From positions 16,537,432 through 16,601,431 of the forward strand of contig NC_092679.1 in the NCBI RefSeq assembly GCF_964355755.1: a stretch of 64,000 nt of DNA. The letters are read 5' to 3'. Below the pieces are notes generated by a model that did not search any database, had not been told where the DNA came from, and worked only from the letters and a program-made list of their open reading frames with translations. Below are positions 52,101-64,000 of the stretch, piece by piece. Made by a program: the position numbers and the translations under genes. The DNA is from Antedon mediterranea (Eukaryota; Animalia; Echinodermata). Every line of letters starts with the position of its first letter. Positions within the stretch are counted from its first letter, which is position 1.

Positions 52101-55100
52101 GGATTAAAAACATGTAGCTACAGGATGTACCAATAAATGTTCAGTCATTTCAGCTGTTGGTAAATAATTTTGATTGAGGACATTCGGAGGGGGTAGGTGT
52201 AGTTGGAAGAGGGTGGGGATGGTGTGGGTGGAGATAATTATTACCAGCTTTAGCTGAAATTCCTTTATGTGTTAAGCTCTGTCTACACTCTCAAACTTAA
52301 CAAAATGTGATGTGGTATATATGGACACGATGATGTCATATCACTACCATATTTGGGCACATCACACTTTTTTTGTCAATCAAGTTTGATAGTGTAGATA
52401 GACCTTTAGAAATGTCTTGTTTATATATACTCTGGAACTGTATAACAGACTATCGCTTTTCTTACAGGATTCTGATGATGAAGAAGAACATTTTCATGAT
52501 GTAGATGATGGCAGTACAGATGAAGATAAAGCTAAGGAAGCATTATCAGATAGTGTCGCCATGAATTCATCAAATACTGGAGAAAAACATTCCTGGATTC
52601 ACAAGGATACTAAACCAAAAAACAAAGGTACTGTAAAAAAAATATAAAAAGTTCTCAAATTTTTGCCCATTCATGATGTCATATCACTAACATATTTGAG
52701 CATATCACTACCATATTTGGGCATATCACTACCATATTTGGGCACATCAAACTTTTTTTCTCAAACTAGTTTCATAGTGTAGACAGAGCTTTAGAAACAC
52801 ATGGTGTACTGCAAATTATATTGTATTTATATAAAGAGAAATTAGTCCCTAAGTAGCTGTTTTATTATTTACCATTTATTTATTTTTGCACTTAAAACTG
52901 ATTTATTATTACTGACAGGGTTGAAGACAACTTATGACCCTTTAGCAAGAAATCCATTGTTTACTGGTTCTGAGAATTGTGTATACTGGGAACTGAGAAA
53001 GGTACAGTTATATTTTAAAAACTAATAGCATAATAGCTTTAAGTTTCGTTATACTAAAAAACCCCTATTTAGGGACAATATTTTTGGTCCTGAAGATGTC
53101 TCCTTAGTAGAGGTTCTTATTCAGAGACTGTTCACAGACTGTTTAGTCCCTATTATATGTTTGTCTGTGAATACATATTGGTATTTATTCTGATCAAGAC
53201 AATCCCAACAACAGGACACTGAGCTCGCCTTGCCAAGATAGGAACTTTGATCTTATGCCTGGCTGTGACTAATACCCACAGTACTCTACTATGTACATAT
53301 TCTCCGCGGCGTGTAGTGTATGTTAAGGGGCGTGGAACTGATCACGTCCTAGTCACAGATAAACCCTTTGATCTCCGAAGCTATGCATCCTGTTAGGTTG
53401 CCTTGTTGTGCCTGATTGAACCAAGAACCTTTGATGAAAAAGCAATCATGTAAAACCTCAAACTACTGTGCCACTGTACACTGCTTAATTGTCATTAATA
53501 TACTGAAAGAACCATGTATTTATGTTAATAATATTTTATATATATATATATTAGCTTTCAGAACATTTTCACCCAACGGTATCGTTATTTGCAACGCATT
53601 TGCTAGCTGGTGATCCTATTGTCTATATGGGGAATCCCCTTCAAGATTTTACGCTCATCCGATTCCTGGACAGATTTGTCTACCGTAATCCAAAGACAAA
53701 AGAAACAGGTACGTTGATATTATTTGCATAATTTATTATTTATTATAGGCAGAAGTGTACAAAACAATGGTAATAATATCTTTTGTAGAACCCCTTGCAG
53801 GGGGACACCTTCAGAACCCCCATAATAGAGGTGTCCCCTGTATTGCCATAGTGTTAATATAACATATATTGCCCCATGTTAGTTTCATGGGAAAGTTTCT
53901 ACATAGAGGTGCAAAGAATAAGAAACTCAATTCCAAAACACACACAATGTTCTGTACATAAATTATAGATATAAAAGTGAAAAAAAAGATAATATAATTC
54001 TTTTAAATTTAATTGATTTTAAATTGTTTTTTTTCCCTCAGAAAGAGTATCTGTCATGCAGCCTCGTGTTTATGTAGCCCCTGAAATCAGACGACTTGCT
54101 GTCAATAGTAAAGAGTTTCTAGATAAAGATGAGAACAGTATTCCGATGGATGAGCTTTTTTTCTATAAGTAAGTCATCTATATAAGTCATCAAAACAACT
54201 GATAGCATGGCCTGGTCCAGGATTGCTTCACTTAGCTAAAGCTCTGTCTACACTATCAAACTTTATGTTTTCAAACAGAATGTGATGTGTCCCAAATATG
54301 GACATGGTGATGTCATATCACTACCATATTACTTACATACTATGTACAGTATAATGCTACAATGTCAAATATTTCCTAACTGTTGCATTGTGATCATATT
54401 TCTAATAGGTACTTTGAGCTGAAGAATAAGAAATTTACCAAAAAGAAGGCGAAGGTAGTTGACGACATGGACTCTGACGCCTCAAGTGTCAGTGATGATG
54501 AGTTTGAGAAATGCCTTGGTAAGTGTGATCTTGTGTGTCATCCTTTGAATAGGAGTCTCCTTTGAATAGGAGTGAATAGTAGGTTTCCCCTGAATAGGGA
54601 TCTTCTTTGAGTAGGAGTCTCCTTTGAATAGGAGTGAATAGAGGGTAACCCCTAGATAGGGGTCATCTTTGAATAGGAGTCTCTTTTGAATCGGAGTGAA
54701 TAGAGGATGCCCCCTAAATAGGGGTTATCTTTGAATAGGAGTCTCCCCTGAATAGGGGTCTTCTTTGAATAAGAGTGAATAAAGGGTGTCCCCTGAATAG
54801 AGGTCTCATTTGAATAAGAGTGAATAGAAGGTGTCCCCTGAATAGGGGAGAGAGTGAATTTTTAAAATTTATTTTATTTAAAACATATTTATACAGGATA
54901 AGAACATCAGGTATCAGGTAGCACCTGTTTTAAATATAGTCCTGTTTATAGAAAATAAAAGGTTAAAACATGCATACAAAATTCTTTAAAACTTGTAAAA
55001 ACAGTAAAATAACAAATTGATAATGAATATGGAATAGTGGTCTCCTTTGAATATGAGTGAATAGAGGGTGTCCCCTGAATAAGGGCCTCCTTTGAATAGG

Positions 55101-57061
55101 AGTGAATAGAGGGTGCCCCCTGAATAGGGACTGCCACAGTTCTGAAACTTATATTTTTCCTTGTTCATATCATAAGTAAGTTTCCCTGAATAGAGGTGTC
55201 CCAAAGGATGGGTTCTACTGTAGTTAATTTGTAATTAAATGTTTGCAATTTATATTTTATTTGCTTGTTTATGCAAGAAAATGTTATGAGTTCAAATTAA
55301 AATCTGTTTACCAAGCAAATTAATTGTTTTTACTCTATTGAACTCTAGATGAACTTGAGAGTGGCGAAATGGATTATGACATAGATTTTGCTGGGTAAGT
55401 CAACACAGTATATCCGATTTGTGAGACTATAAATATGTACCCAAGTTATTTAATCCTACTAAATGTTCCTAAATAAAACTTAAGAGAAAAGGCACATAAT
55501 ATCTTTTTTAAGCTTTTTTCAATTATTAAATTAAGCGTTCAATTTTTTGCAGAGATTTTCATAAATCAAAAAGCAGCAAAAAGAAACATCAAACAGATTC
55601 GGACGAATCAGATTTTTCAGAAGATTTAGACAATCCAGATATTGACGATGATTTCAGTGATAATCCAGATATTGATGATGATTTAAGTGATGATTTTGAT
55701 GCAGATGATTTTAAAATTGAGAATGATAATTTTGATGAAGAAGCATTTGATATGTCTGAAGATGGTAAGATCGATATCCTAGGCAATTTGCCTAAATATA
55801 TAAACAAAAAACAAAAAAAAATCTATACAATATAAAATACAATATAGAAAAAATACATAATAATAATAAACAATACATAAATTTAATAAACTAATTTTCT
55901 ATATTTTTTAAATAGATGAAGAATTTGCACTTGATAGTAGAAAGGGAGGGAAAAGTAGCGCAAATAAAGACAAGAAAGGTTTAAAGGACAAGAAAGCGTC
56001 CAGTAAAGCTAAGAAACGAAAAACTGATTCTGAAAGTAATGTGTCGAAAAAATCCAGAACAGGAAATGATGTCACATCGGTTGTTGAAGAGGTTAGTAAC
56101 ATTTGCCATAATATTAATCATTTTAGCACCATGATCTAATGTCGCTGTTTCTCATTACTGTATACTTTGTCCAGTATCATTGCAAATTCTGTAATACAGT
56201 GTCATAATGTGTATCACATTGTGATAGCCTGAAAAGCCTGACCTAACAGTAACCTTATTCCCATCATTTCCATCATAACTAAACACCACCCGCACCACAT
56301 GCCAACCAATGCTATATATAATAGTACCACATGTGTCTAAACCTAACACTATCCTGCTGCGGGTTTTATAATTCTGTATAGCATTGTCAGGCGTGTGATG
56401 TTTAGTAGGATCGTTAGCATTCCAATGTTATTTTTTTTCTTCATTTGTAGGCCAGAAACTTTACTTTTCTTTTGTGACATGTATCTTCTGTTATTTTAGT
56501 TTTCAATGCTTATGGATGAAAATGTTGGATCAAAGAGGAATGCCGTTGGAACACATGCTTTAATCAATCGTGACAAAGCCAGTAAGTAACGCAAATTAAT
56601 TGTCTAAGCAAACCTGAATTGTAAACATTTCCACTGAAATCTATTTTGATTTTCTACATTATTTATTTGCCCTTGGCCTCCAAATAGTATATATATTCTT
56701 ATTTTGCTCTCTTGAAATGCACCTTACAAATACTCATTTAAAACTCACAGGGTACTGCCGCAGATCCTGTCTTTCCCACCCCACCCTCCCTGGGCATATT
56801 TTTTGGAATGTGTGATGGGTGGTCACTTTTATGGCAAACCTTAACAGTTTGGGTAAATCAGAAACTATGTTTTAGGGTTTTTTTTGGTTCTCAAATTAAA
56901 ATCATTTGTTTTCAGGTGCTAAGCAGCTTGATTGGGAAGAGAGGCGTGATAAATGGATGAGAGGAAAAGACGTAAAGTCGATGATGAAACTAAAGAGGGA
57001 GAGATCAAACCTCAGGAAAATAAAAGGACAAAAAAGCAACAAAAAATTCAAGAAAAAATGA
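43193..57061 (+). CDS. CEBPZ: CCAAT/enhancer-binding protein zeta (Mak21/Noc1 ribosome biogenesis factor), 24 coding exons
   Basis: Exons 43193-43342, 43640-43785, 44803-44968, 45337-45445, 46347-46603, 47422-47547, 48012-48101, 48310-48394, 48854-48938, 49586-49682, 50060-50144, 50556-50670, 51298-51439, 51875-52003, 52468-52627, 52919-53001, 53555-53708, 54042-54168, 54409-54518, 55349-55394, 55553-55764, 55916-56091, 56500-56581, 56916-57061. Motifs GVLADKVAAL, PEQEQVLLGKLVNKVGDP, LTGVNRAYPY, AFIKRLLQ, YDPLARNPLF, HFHPTV, DFTLIRFLDRFVYRNPK, KQLDWE. Confidence 0.95.
44043..44380. mobile_element. MITE with ~55-bp TIRs and TTA TSD (PIF/Harbinger-like)
   Basis: tta|TGCACTTGTCAATTGCATGACCCACTATACGACCCCCGGGAGAGGTGCGTCA ... 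TGACGCACCTCTCCCGGGGGTCGTATAGTGGGTCATACAATTGAAAAGTGCA|tta. Internal TGACGCACC repeats. Confidence 0.88.
46128..46280 (-). repeat. 24-bp minisatellite derived from a SINE B-box region
   Basis: About 5-6 units ATTGAACCCTGACACTAGGCCAGT adjoining a SINE-head remnant. A single-unit relative lies at ~35950-35995. Confidence 0.8.
46963..47313. mobile_element. TTAA-target MITE (Kolobok-like)
   Basis: ttaa|AGATGTAATGTCCCC ... GGGGACAATACATCT|ttaa; colinear with 2259-2597. Confidence 0.85.
48590..48820 (-). mobile_element. tRNA-derived SINE (second copy ~53195-53395)
   Basis: Two similar intronic copies. The minus strand starts TGGTTAAGGATCCTGAGCTTTAGAGATCAAAGG (tRNA-like head). Confidence 0.6.
49180..49480 (+). 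mobile_element. Decayed Penelope-like fragment (GIY-YIG C-terminus plus degenerate hammerhead)
   Basis: Translation FTVLDSADSAFKHEVKEALHIM*SKPSLNKH resembles the PLE C-terminus F.ILD.A.....L.IKEALHI...KP.LNKQ. Downstream CTGATGA-T-CAGAA-TAGT-TTCTC-GAAA at ~49438-49463. Confidence 0.7.
50708..50930 (+). mobile_element. 5S rRNA-derived head fused to tRNA-derived SINE segment
   Basis: TACAGCCATAC...CGGTTCTCTTCAGATCACTGAAGTTAAGCAACGTTTGGCCCGGTT...TGGATGAGATACC..TGAGAATA...GGTGCTGTA aligns by eye to 5S rRNA. It is followed by the same tRNA-like/body sequence as 57806-57903. Confidence 0.8.
54540..55222 (-). mobile_element. Tc1/pogo-like MITE with internal GAATAGGAGTGAATAGAGGGTGTCCCCT repeats
   Basis: Terminus GGTTCTACTG|TA at ~55212-55222 and degenerate tandem subterminal repeats. 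Related pieces at ~13770-14102, 51463-51635, 53060-53115 and 53785-53840. Confidence 0.65.
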
Positions 57062-57805
57062 AAGAACAATTTATTATAATTGGAATTATTAAATACAGTA
57101 TGTAACAAAATAGTAACAATTGCTCTATTGTCTTGAACCTTTTACTACTGTATGCATCATTCTTTATATGTATCATTTGTTTGAATATATTAATAAAAGA
57201 TTGAGGAAGAATATTTCTTATATGATTGTTTGCTTGGCTAAGGAGGTGATGCACTTTTCCTAACCAATCCAGGTTCTTACAAAAACTTTTTAAATGTATT
57301 ATTTGAATAGCCATAATAGTTTTATTAGGATCGATCCGTTTTATTAATTTAATAAAAGTTAATAAATGTATTGCAAAAACACCATTGATTACATTATATG
57401 AAAGTTCAAATAAAATAAACATTTTTACATAAAAAAATTGTTGATACATCCATATTTTTGTTTCTTTGTGTAATATTAGTTGTGTTAATTACCACAAACT
57501 ATAAAACGTAAATAAATAAAGATTATAATTTCTTAATAAAGAAACATAATTATTTAATTAATTTAATTTTAGATACAGTATTATAGCCTACTACTACTGT
57601 AGGCCTAGTAATTAATCTGACTAACTTGCTAACTGGGTATATAAGATCCTAGAGTTCTAATTGTTGTAGACACTTGTGTTTATTAAATATAGTCTTTTAA
57701 CTTATATGAATGTCATAGTTTTCTTTTTACTTTGTTGGAATGATTAAATTCGTTGGATTTTCTATTATAATTTGGTTTCAAGTTAAAATGAAATTTAGCA
57801 AACTA

Positions 57806-58131
57806 ATGGTAATATCGGACTAGCATGTGATAGGCATGGGTTCGAGGTTATCTGTACCATACTAATTGCATCCTTAGGCAAGATGCTTTACTCTCATTGC
57901 CTCGTCCTTCGGATGGGATGTAAAGCCGTTGGTCCCGTGTACTTAACAGTGCACGTTAAAGAACTTGGTACACTATTCGAAAAGAGTAGGGGATCGTCTC
58001 CCGGTGTGCTAATCTGGTAGGCGCTGCACTGCTGGCTGCCGTGGGTCCGTGGAGGGCCTAATCCGAATTTCCTCAGTTTCCAGTTAAGCTTGAGGACAAA
58101 TACAGTATGAATACCTTTACCTTTACCTTTA
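57806..58131 (+). mobile_element. tRNA/Deu-domain SINE with (ACCTTT)n tail
   Basis: B box GGTTCGAG, TCCTTAGGCAAGATGCTTTAC, Deu-like GGATGGGATGTAAAGCCGTTGGTCCC...GTTAAAGAACTTGGTACACTATTCGAAAAGAGTAGGGG, tail ACCTTTACCTTTACCTTT. Confidence 0.82.
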
Positions 58132-58736
58132 ATGTACTGTATTTGCGAATATACAATACAACCTCCATTCATTATTTAGTATGTTTTCACAACAATAACA
58201 ATTCAAAGTTTAATTACGGTCCAAATTGTTTGACTTGGCTGGTTGTGGTTGTAGACCCGGAGTTGTGAGTTTGTTTCTCCGCTTGACAAGTTAGAATTTA
58301 TGTAGTTTTAGTAATGATTAATAAAAATTAATTTTTTTATAAAGTGATTGTCCTAGAAATAAAAGGTTTATTTCTTTTTTTCTCCTATTATTAAACAATA
58401 CAACTCAGTTTTTATTATCTATTTTGTTGTTTATTCACTCGTAATTACAAGGTTAATGCATGGAGGTATAATACCTCCATGGTTAATGTAAAGCCTCAGA
58501 CATCACATCCTTAGTTTATTATTTTAAAGGATTTTATTTGGGTTTGATCTATTTCCTGTTTCAATCCAAAATATGATTGTAAACAGTCATAGAATTTTAG
58601 TTCTTTACAGTACAGGTTATTGTTGTTGTTTATTAGTTTTCCACAAATAATGATTTATATAATTTTCTTTAAAAATCATTAAATATTATAAATGTAGATG
58701 GTGGTCACAATACAATAGTCTAGAAGTACACTTTAA

Positions 58737-58982
58737 AGATGTATTGTCCCTTGAAACACAAACAAATTAAGGTGAAAATATTCTAAATTTAAATTGGCCA
58801 TATCAAAGTAATATTAAAGTTATTTTTTGAACAAAAAAATGTCTGTATTTCAGTTAAATGATTTTTTTTCGACAAATTTTTGGTGAAAGTTAAGAACTAT
58901 TTTGATACTTTAAAATTACCAACTTTTTTAAGAAATCTTTTTTTTTTTTTTTGGAAAATTTAGTCAAAGGGACAATACATCT
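58737..58982. mobile_element. TTAA-target MITE (Kolobok-like)
   Basis: ttaa|AGATGTATTGTCCCTT ... AAGGGACAATACATCT|ttaa. Confidence 0.82.
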
Positions 58983-59400
58983 TTAAGCAGAGGCTACTAC
59001 TATTAACAAAATAGAAAAAACATTACAATGAGATTATTGTACAATAAATAAAGGTAGAAATTATTGGTTAATGCTCAATTCAAATCAGGGAATGAGAATA
59101 TTTGGTCTGCAGACCACTTAAATGGGTCCTACCAAGCCCTACTGTACCAAGTCCTAATATACTGTAGTACTGTATTTTACAGTATTCAAGTACAAGTAGT
59201 AGTAGTAAGTATAGGTTGTACTTTGCATTTGTCTGATACAGTAGTTTAATGAATAAATAGCAAAAATGTACAATTAAATTGTTTGTATGAATCCGTTACT
59301 ACTATTATACATACTAATGAAATGAAATATTGCAATTGTGAATCCGGTAGTAATTATGTTGCTTCTCTGTTATAAGATATTTCATACAGTAGAGGAAAAT

Positions 59401-59475
59401 AATAATACATGTTTTTCACTATAGTACTGTATTTAAATAATAATACATGTTTTTCACTATAGTACTGTATTTAAA
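59401..59475 (+). repeat. ~36-bp tandem duplication
   Basis: AATAATACATGTTTTTCACTATAGTACTGTATTTA twice. Confidence 0.9.
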
Positions 59476-62400
59476 TCAAAATTACTGAAAAAATGACATG
59501 TTTTGGGTATCAGTGGCTTTATCTCTATGGAGATACAAAATAAAATAATCAAGGAAGAGAGAAAAAACCAAAAAGTGAACCGAATCATCATTACATGGTT
59601 TCCCGTGTGCTGTGCTAAAGCCAGGACAATATTCAAAGAATTTGATTCTGTGATAAATATATTTAAAATTCATTTTGAATTTGATTAAATGCACAAGAGT
59701 AAAGAAATCTATATTTAGAAGCACAATAGTAAAGTAGATTAGTAATGAGCACTGTATTCTAAGTATTGATTTCAGCCTTATATTAGGAGTTTTCATATCA
59801 TGTAAAATCATCGTGTATTAATGCAATTACATTTGTACGCTTCAAACGATCGTTTTTAGATGACTCTGTTATTGGTGACTCATACAGTAATGCAATCATA
59901 CAGAATTATGTATCGTGTGCTGCTGGATATTAAAGGCTAATTGCTGTTAACTAGTTATTCCAGGTCATGTTTTGTTGTAAAAGGACTCAAAATTATTATT
60001 TTTTATCTAGACTACCAGGGGCGAATCGAGCATTATAGATGTTGGAGGCGGGGGCTAAATATTTCATTAATGGTAAAAACAATTTGTCAGATTGCAGAAA
60101 AATAGTCATTATTTTATTTTAAAAAAAGACATGGCTGTTAAATCTATGTCTTACTACTCTCTTTAGTATAGTTGTACAAAATTTAACTAGAGAGAAATGA
60201 ATAACCAAAATATCAAATAAGCGAATGCAAAAAGTTTAATTTACAGAACTTGGCTGGCCATGCCTAGTCTAAAAACTATTTACTTTTTTTTTTTTCAAAA
60301 TTACAATCCAGAAAACATTAGCTGGATTTGGAAAAGCACCAAAATATGAAGTAGGTTTCAATAATGATGTGTACAGTAATGATATGATACAGTACCTGTC
60401 ATAATGATTGATGATGCATCCTCAATTCAATAACGATATAATTTAATGTTAAGTTTCTAAATGAAATTAAACAGATACTGTACAGTCAAAATATAGTATA
60501 TTGATATTAATTTTAATTATGCACTGAAAAATTTAAAATGCATTTTACCATATTTCATTTTAATTTATTATTTTATTCTGATGGCCATGACCTAAATTTT
60601 GCCAGCAAACGTTTTGCTTCATTCTATTATTTAAATTTGTTTTGTGTGCAAAAAACATTAAAAACAAGTGTGCGGTAGGGTATTTTGTACATTTGCAAGA
60701 ATATAAAAAAAAAGGTAAACATTCAAATCATTCTGAAAAGAGATTACAATTAGAAATTATTGTTTTACACAGAGTCTCATTTAGCTACAGTTATCACTTT
60801 TAATGTATTATCTAGACCCCAACATTTTGATATTGAAAATGTGTGCAGTTGGTCGCTTTCTTGTAGATGCTTATCATATTGTATTGTTTTGTTGGTTTAT
60901 TTCTGTGCTCTGTTCTGGGTTGACCAAATAGTATACCTAGGTGTTTAGCACCTGTTTGGTATTTGGTCCTTGCCTTTTATATTTGTTTTGTCTTCTTTGT
61001 TTTGTATATGGCAGAAAATTGAATAAATAAAATAAAATAAATTATTTAATTGCATCTACAGTAACAGTAATAAAATTCACACAATAACCCATGACACCTA
61101 CCTTCTGTCAAGGGAAGTGTCAATTATTCGATTACCGTAGGTATACTGTACAATTCAAGTACAGTGCTTGTGTCAAGATACAAGTATCATTATTGTGCAA
61201 GACAAGGATGTACTGTAGGCCAGGGATGGCGGTTAGTTAGGATCTATGGGTGGGAAAGAAATAAAACAATACTTAATACAGGTACCCAGAGTTTTCTTGG
61301 TAGTTTTTGCATTAAATTTAAGCTTGGTGGAAGGCTGCTTAGCACAATTACTGTTCTGTATGCTATTAGTTTCTTGGAAAATGTGTTATCTCTAGGGGTA
61401 CAGTGTATAGTTAGATGGGTATTTAATGTGATTTTAGTGTGGGTTCAGTTAGACCAACGCTAATAATGGTTGATGGGGGTCATTAGAGCACCTACTGGTA
61501 AACCATATTAAAGGCCTACAGTACAATACAATGTGATTATTAAATGTCTGTATTTTTACTGTAATTAATGCTGCTGAATTATGTCCTTAACTTTTATATA
61601 CAATTGGGAATAAATGTGTGAGGTAATAAAAAAACTGGTTGGTAATTACTGTACATACTGTAACTTAGTCTAGATTTTACCAAGACAGAGTTTTGACTTA
61701 ATATTAGTTTAAAAATATTTTTGCACATATGGCGTTTCATACGTATACTACTTGAGCTCGTACAGACAAAATCGAAACGCTGACTGGTGGACTAACATAA
61801 AAAAGACAATAAATACAGACTTGGACAAGTATTACTGTAAAAATATCATTAATTATTACATTTAAGTATGTTATTGTTAGGTTATACTGTAGTAAAGATG
61901 GTGACCTTTATATAATTGTAGGAGAGCCAACAAAAATCATGTGCAGACTGATATTATGAGTTTATGGAGTATGATATAATTTGTCAATATTATAATTAGT
62001 GTATAAAAAATATTGCTGATCGTTGTTATGCCAACACTTAACAATTCTCAGAGGATTACGATAAATGTATTAAGTGCATTCAGTTATTTCACATCATATA
62101 ATATTTATTAAATGGGAATATTTATTATGAATATACGAATATGTGCATACAGCTAACTAATTAACATATTGTTTCTGTAGAATTTCCACATTGTCTATTA
62201 TTGTATTGTAAACCTAGAATCATCTAATCTAAAGACCAATACATCCGCCCACGCGAGTTATGTGTGGAAATTGACATTATAATATTTGCTGATATTTAAA
62301 ATTAAAACGTAATTATAATCTGTGTAGCAGTATTGGTGAAAGAATTAGTGCATTACAGTATAACTATATAAAACAACATTATACTATTTTAAACACTTTT

Positions 62401-63576
62401 TTGCTGTCATGTCAATGTTTTATACAAGGGCAATTCTATGGTAACTAATTGACATTCTGACACAAATGTAGAGTAAAGCCTAAATTGTATTTTTTGTTGT
62501 ACCAAAGAATGTAGCCACACTGTACATACTCTAACTCCTCTATCCAATTAAACCATTTAAAGGAGGGTACTGTACTATAGCTCCGGGTATAAAATTTCTC
62601 CTGTTTATTATAAAATATAAATGTTGGCAACAGATTAGAATAATCCCTACATATTTTCCGTAAGCAGTAAAGAGAAGGAACATCATGACATAAAACAATG
62701 GTGCTGCAGGACTTCTTATCTTAAAGCATTACAGTATATTAAAAATTGACTTTACTAAAAATACTTAACTGTTATTTAATTACGGGAAATATCTCACAAG
62801 AATAATTGGTGAATAAGGCCACAGTCCTGTACTTATTGAAACTTCTTTCATTTGTGTAGTAATCTCATTAATCAGAAATACTGTATTCCACCAATTTCAG
62901 TTAATATTGCACTACAATGTTTTGCTAAATCAACACCTCATATTTACACTACATGTCATTTGTTTGTTGTTCCTGCCTATGTATTGTATGTAGTTTATTC
63001 CAAAACTTATGGCTTCCTACCAAGAAAAACACACATCAATTGTATTGAGAAATTGAATACTCTTCTGTACTGTTAGTATTTGAATACCAATACATTTCTA
63101 TGTGAATACACTCTCAGATAACACTTTACATTACTGCACTATTCACAAAATTCTTCAATAGTATTTAATCTATTGTTTAACATCCTTTTTAGAAAATCTG
63201 TTATCATTATGTCTATACAAATATTAAATTCAGACTATTGACAAATTAGTATAATACAGTAGTGTGGGGTTTGTGTAATCTACCATTTTGTATTTTTAAA
63301 GGAAGTAAATTGTTGATAAGTTAGATCTTTTCCATGGTATAAAATAAAAATATTTTTATAAAGTATAGTTAAATTCTGTGTACTGTACGTTATGATTCCT
63401 GTCTTCATAGTTTTTAAGAGGTTTATTTTTATTCGACCACTATATTATTAATAATGATAAAATAATAAGGATACGACATTTATATAGCGCTATTTCGTTA
63501 AGATCAGAGCGCTTTGAATGGATCTAGACTCTGAGCAGGAAATAGGGTAACAACCCATTAATGACAACAAAAATAA

Positions 63577-63899
63577 CAAACAATATTTAACACCTAAGCT
63601 TTTTATTTTAGGTACAGTACTACTCTCGATACATAATAATAAAATCTAGAGGGTATAGTATTTAATAGGGTATAATATTATTATAAAATTGACCTCCTGT
63701 ACTGTATGTACAGTATGGGAAATGTTTTTCAACATTAAACAATATTTAACACCCAAGCTTTTTATTTTAGGTACAGTACTTCTCTTGATACATTTTTCCA
63801 TTTTATAAAAATAAAATCTAGAGGGTATAGTATTTTACAGTGTACAGTTGTTTTTATAAAATTGACCTACTGTACAGTATGGGAAATGTTTTTTAACAA
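63577..63899 (+). repeat. ~160-bp imperfect tandem duplication
   Basis: AAACAATATTTAACACC.AAGCTTTTTATTTTAGGTACAGTACT...AAAATCTAGAGGGTATAGTATTT...TATGGGAAATGTTTTT occurs twice. Confidence 0.9.
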
Positions 63900-64000
63900 T
63901 GAGCTGTTTGGATGGGTCAGGGATGAGTCAATAACATCTACCAGGTGAGCTCAATTCTACTTCATAAATTTATATGAGTCATCCGGCTCTGTTAAATTCA

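Noticed and set aside
43343-56915. Intronic snoRNAs in CEBPZ
   Set aside because: Plausible for a ribosome-biogenesis host gene, but I could not find a convincing C/D or H/ACA box pair with a terminal stem by eye. Needs snoscan/Infernal.
60016-60058. CAGGGGCGAATC hAT-like end as partner of another large element
   Set aside because: No matching opposite end or TSD within the window.
58140-64000. Short ORFs in the last 6 kb
   Set aside because: AT-rich, no recognisable domains or consistent splice pattern; likely intergenic, UTR or intronic.

Overview
AT-rich, intron-containing animal genomic DNA, not prokaryotic. A marine invertebrate deuterostome such as an echinoderm is plausible from the Deu-domain SINEs and repeat landscape, but that is inference. 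Exon-by-exon reading supports eight conserved genes: two tandem TMEM26-like paralogs (+), CRLS1 (-), GNPNAT1 (+), NDUFAF1 (-), a BHMT-family methyltransferase (-), PGAP4/TMEM246 (-) and a 24-exon CEBPZ (+). Introns are packed with MITEs, SINEs and LINE/Penelope fragments. The most striking feature is an ~8.9-kb element at 24389-33299, between NDUFAF1 and BHMT. It has CAGGGGCGGA terminal inverted repeats and an exact 5-bp AAGAT target-site duplication, and no recognisable transposase. Instead it carries a two-exon non-RD (HND) protein-kinase gene with one in-frame stop, a 1.3-kb CTAG/TAGGCCTA palindrome-saturated intron, and an array of about ten decayed micro-exon/intron units. Other highlights: a Penelope-like GIY-YIG fragment with a hammerhead-ribozyme motif that truncated one TMEM26 copy and supplies its stop codon; a 35-aa tail repeat expanded about 16-fold in the other copy; and a 5S rRNA-tRNA-Deu chimeric SINE. 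All identifications come from manual motif recognition; no database searches were run.
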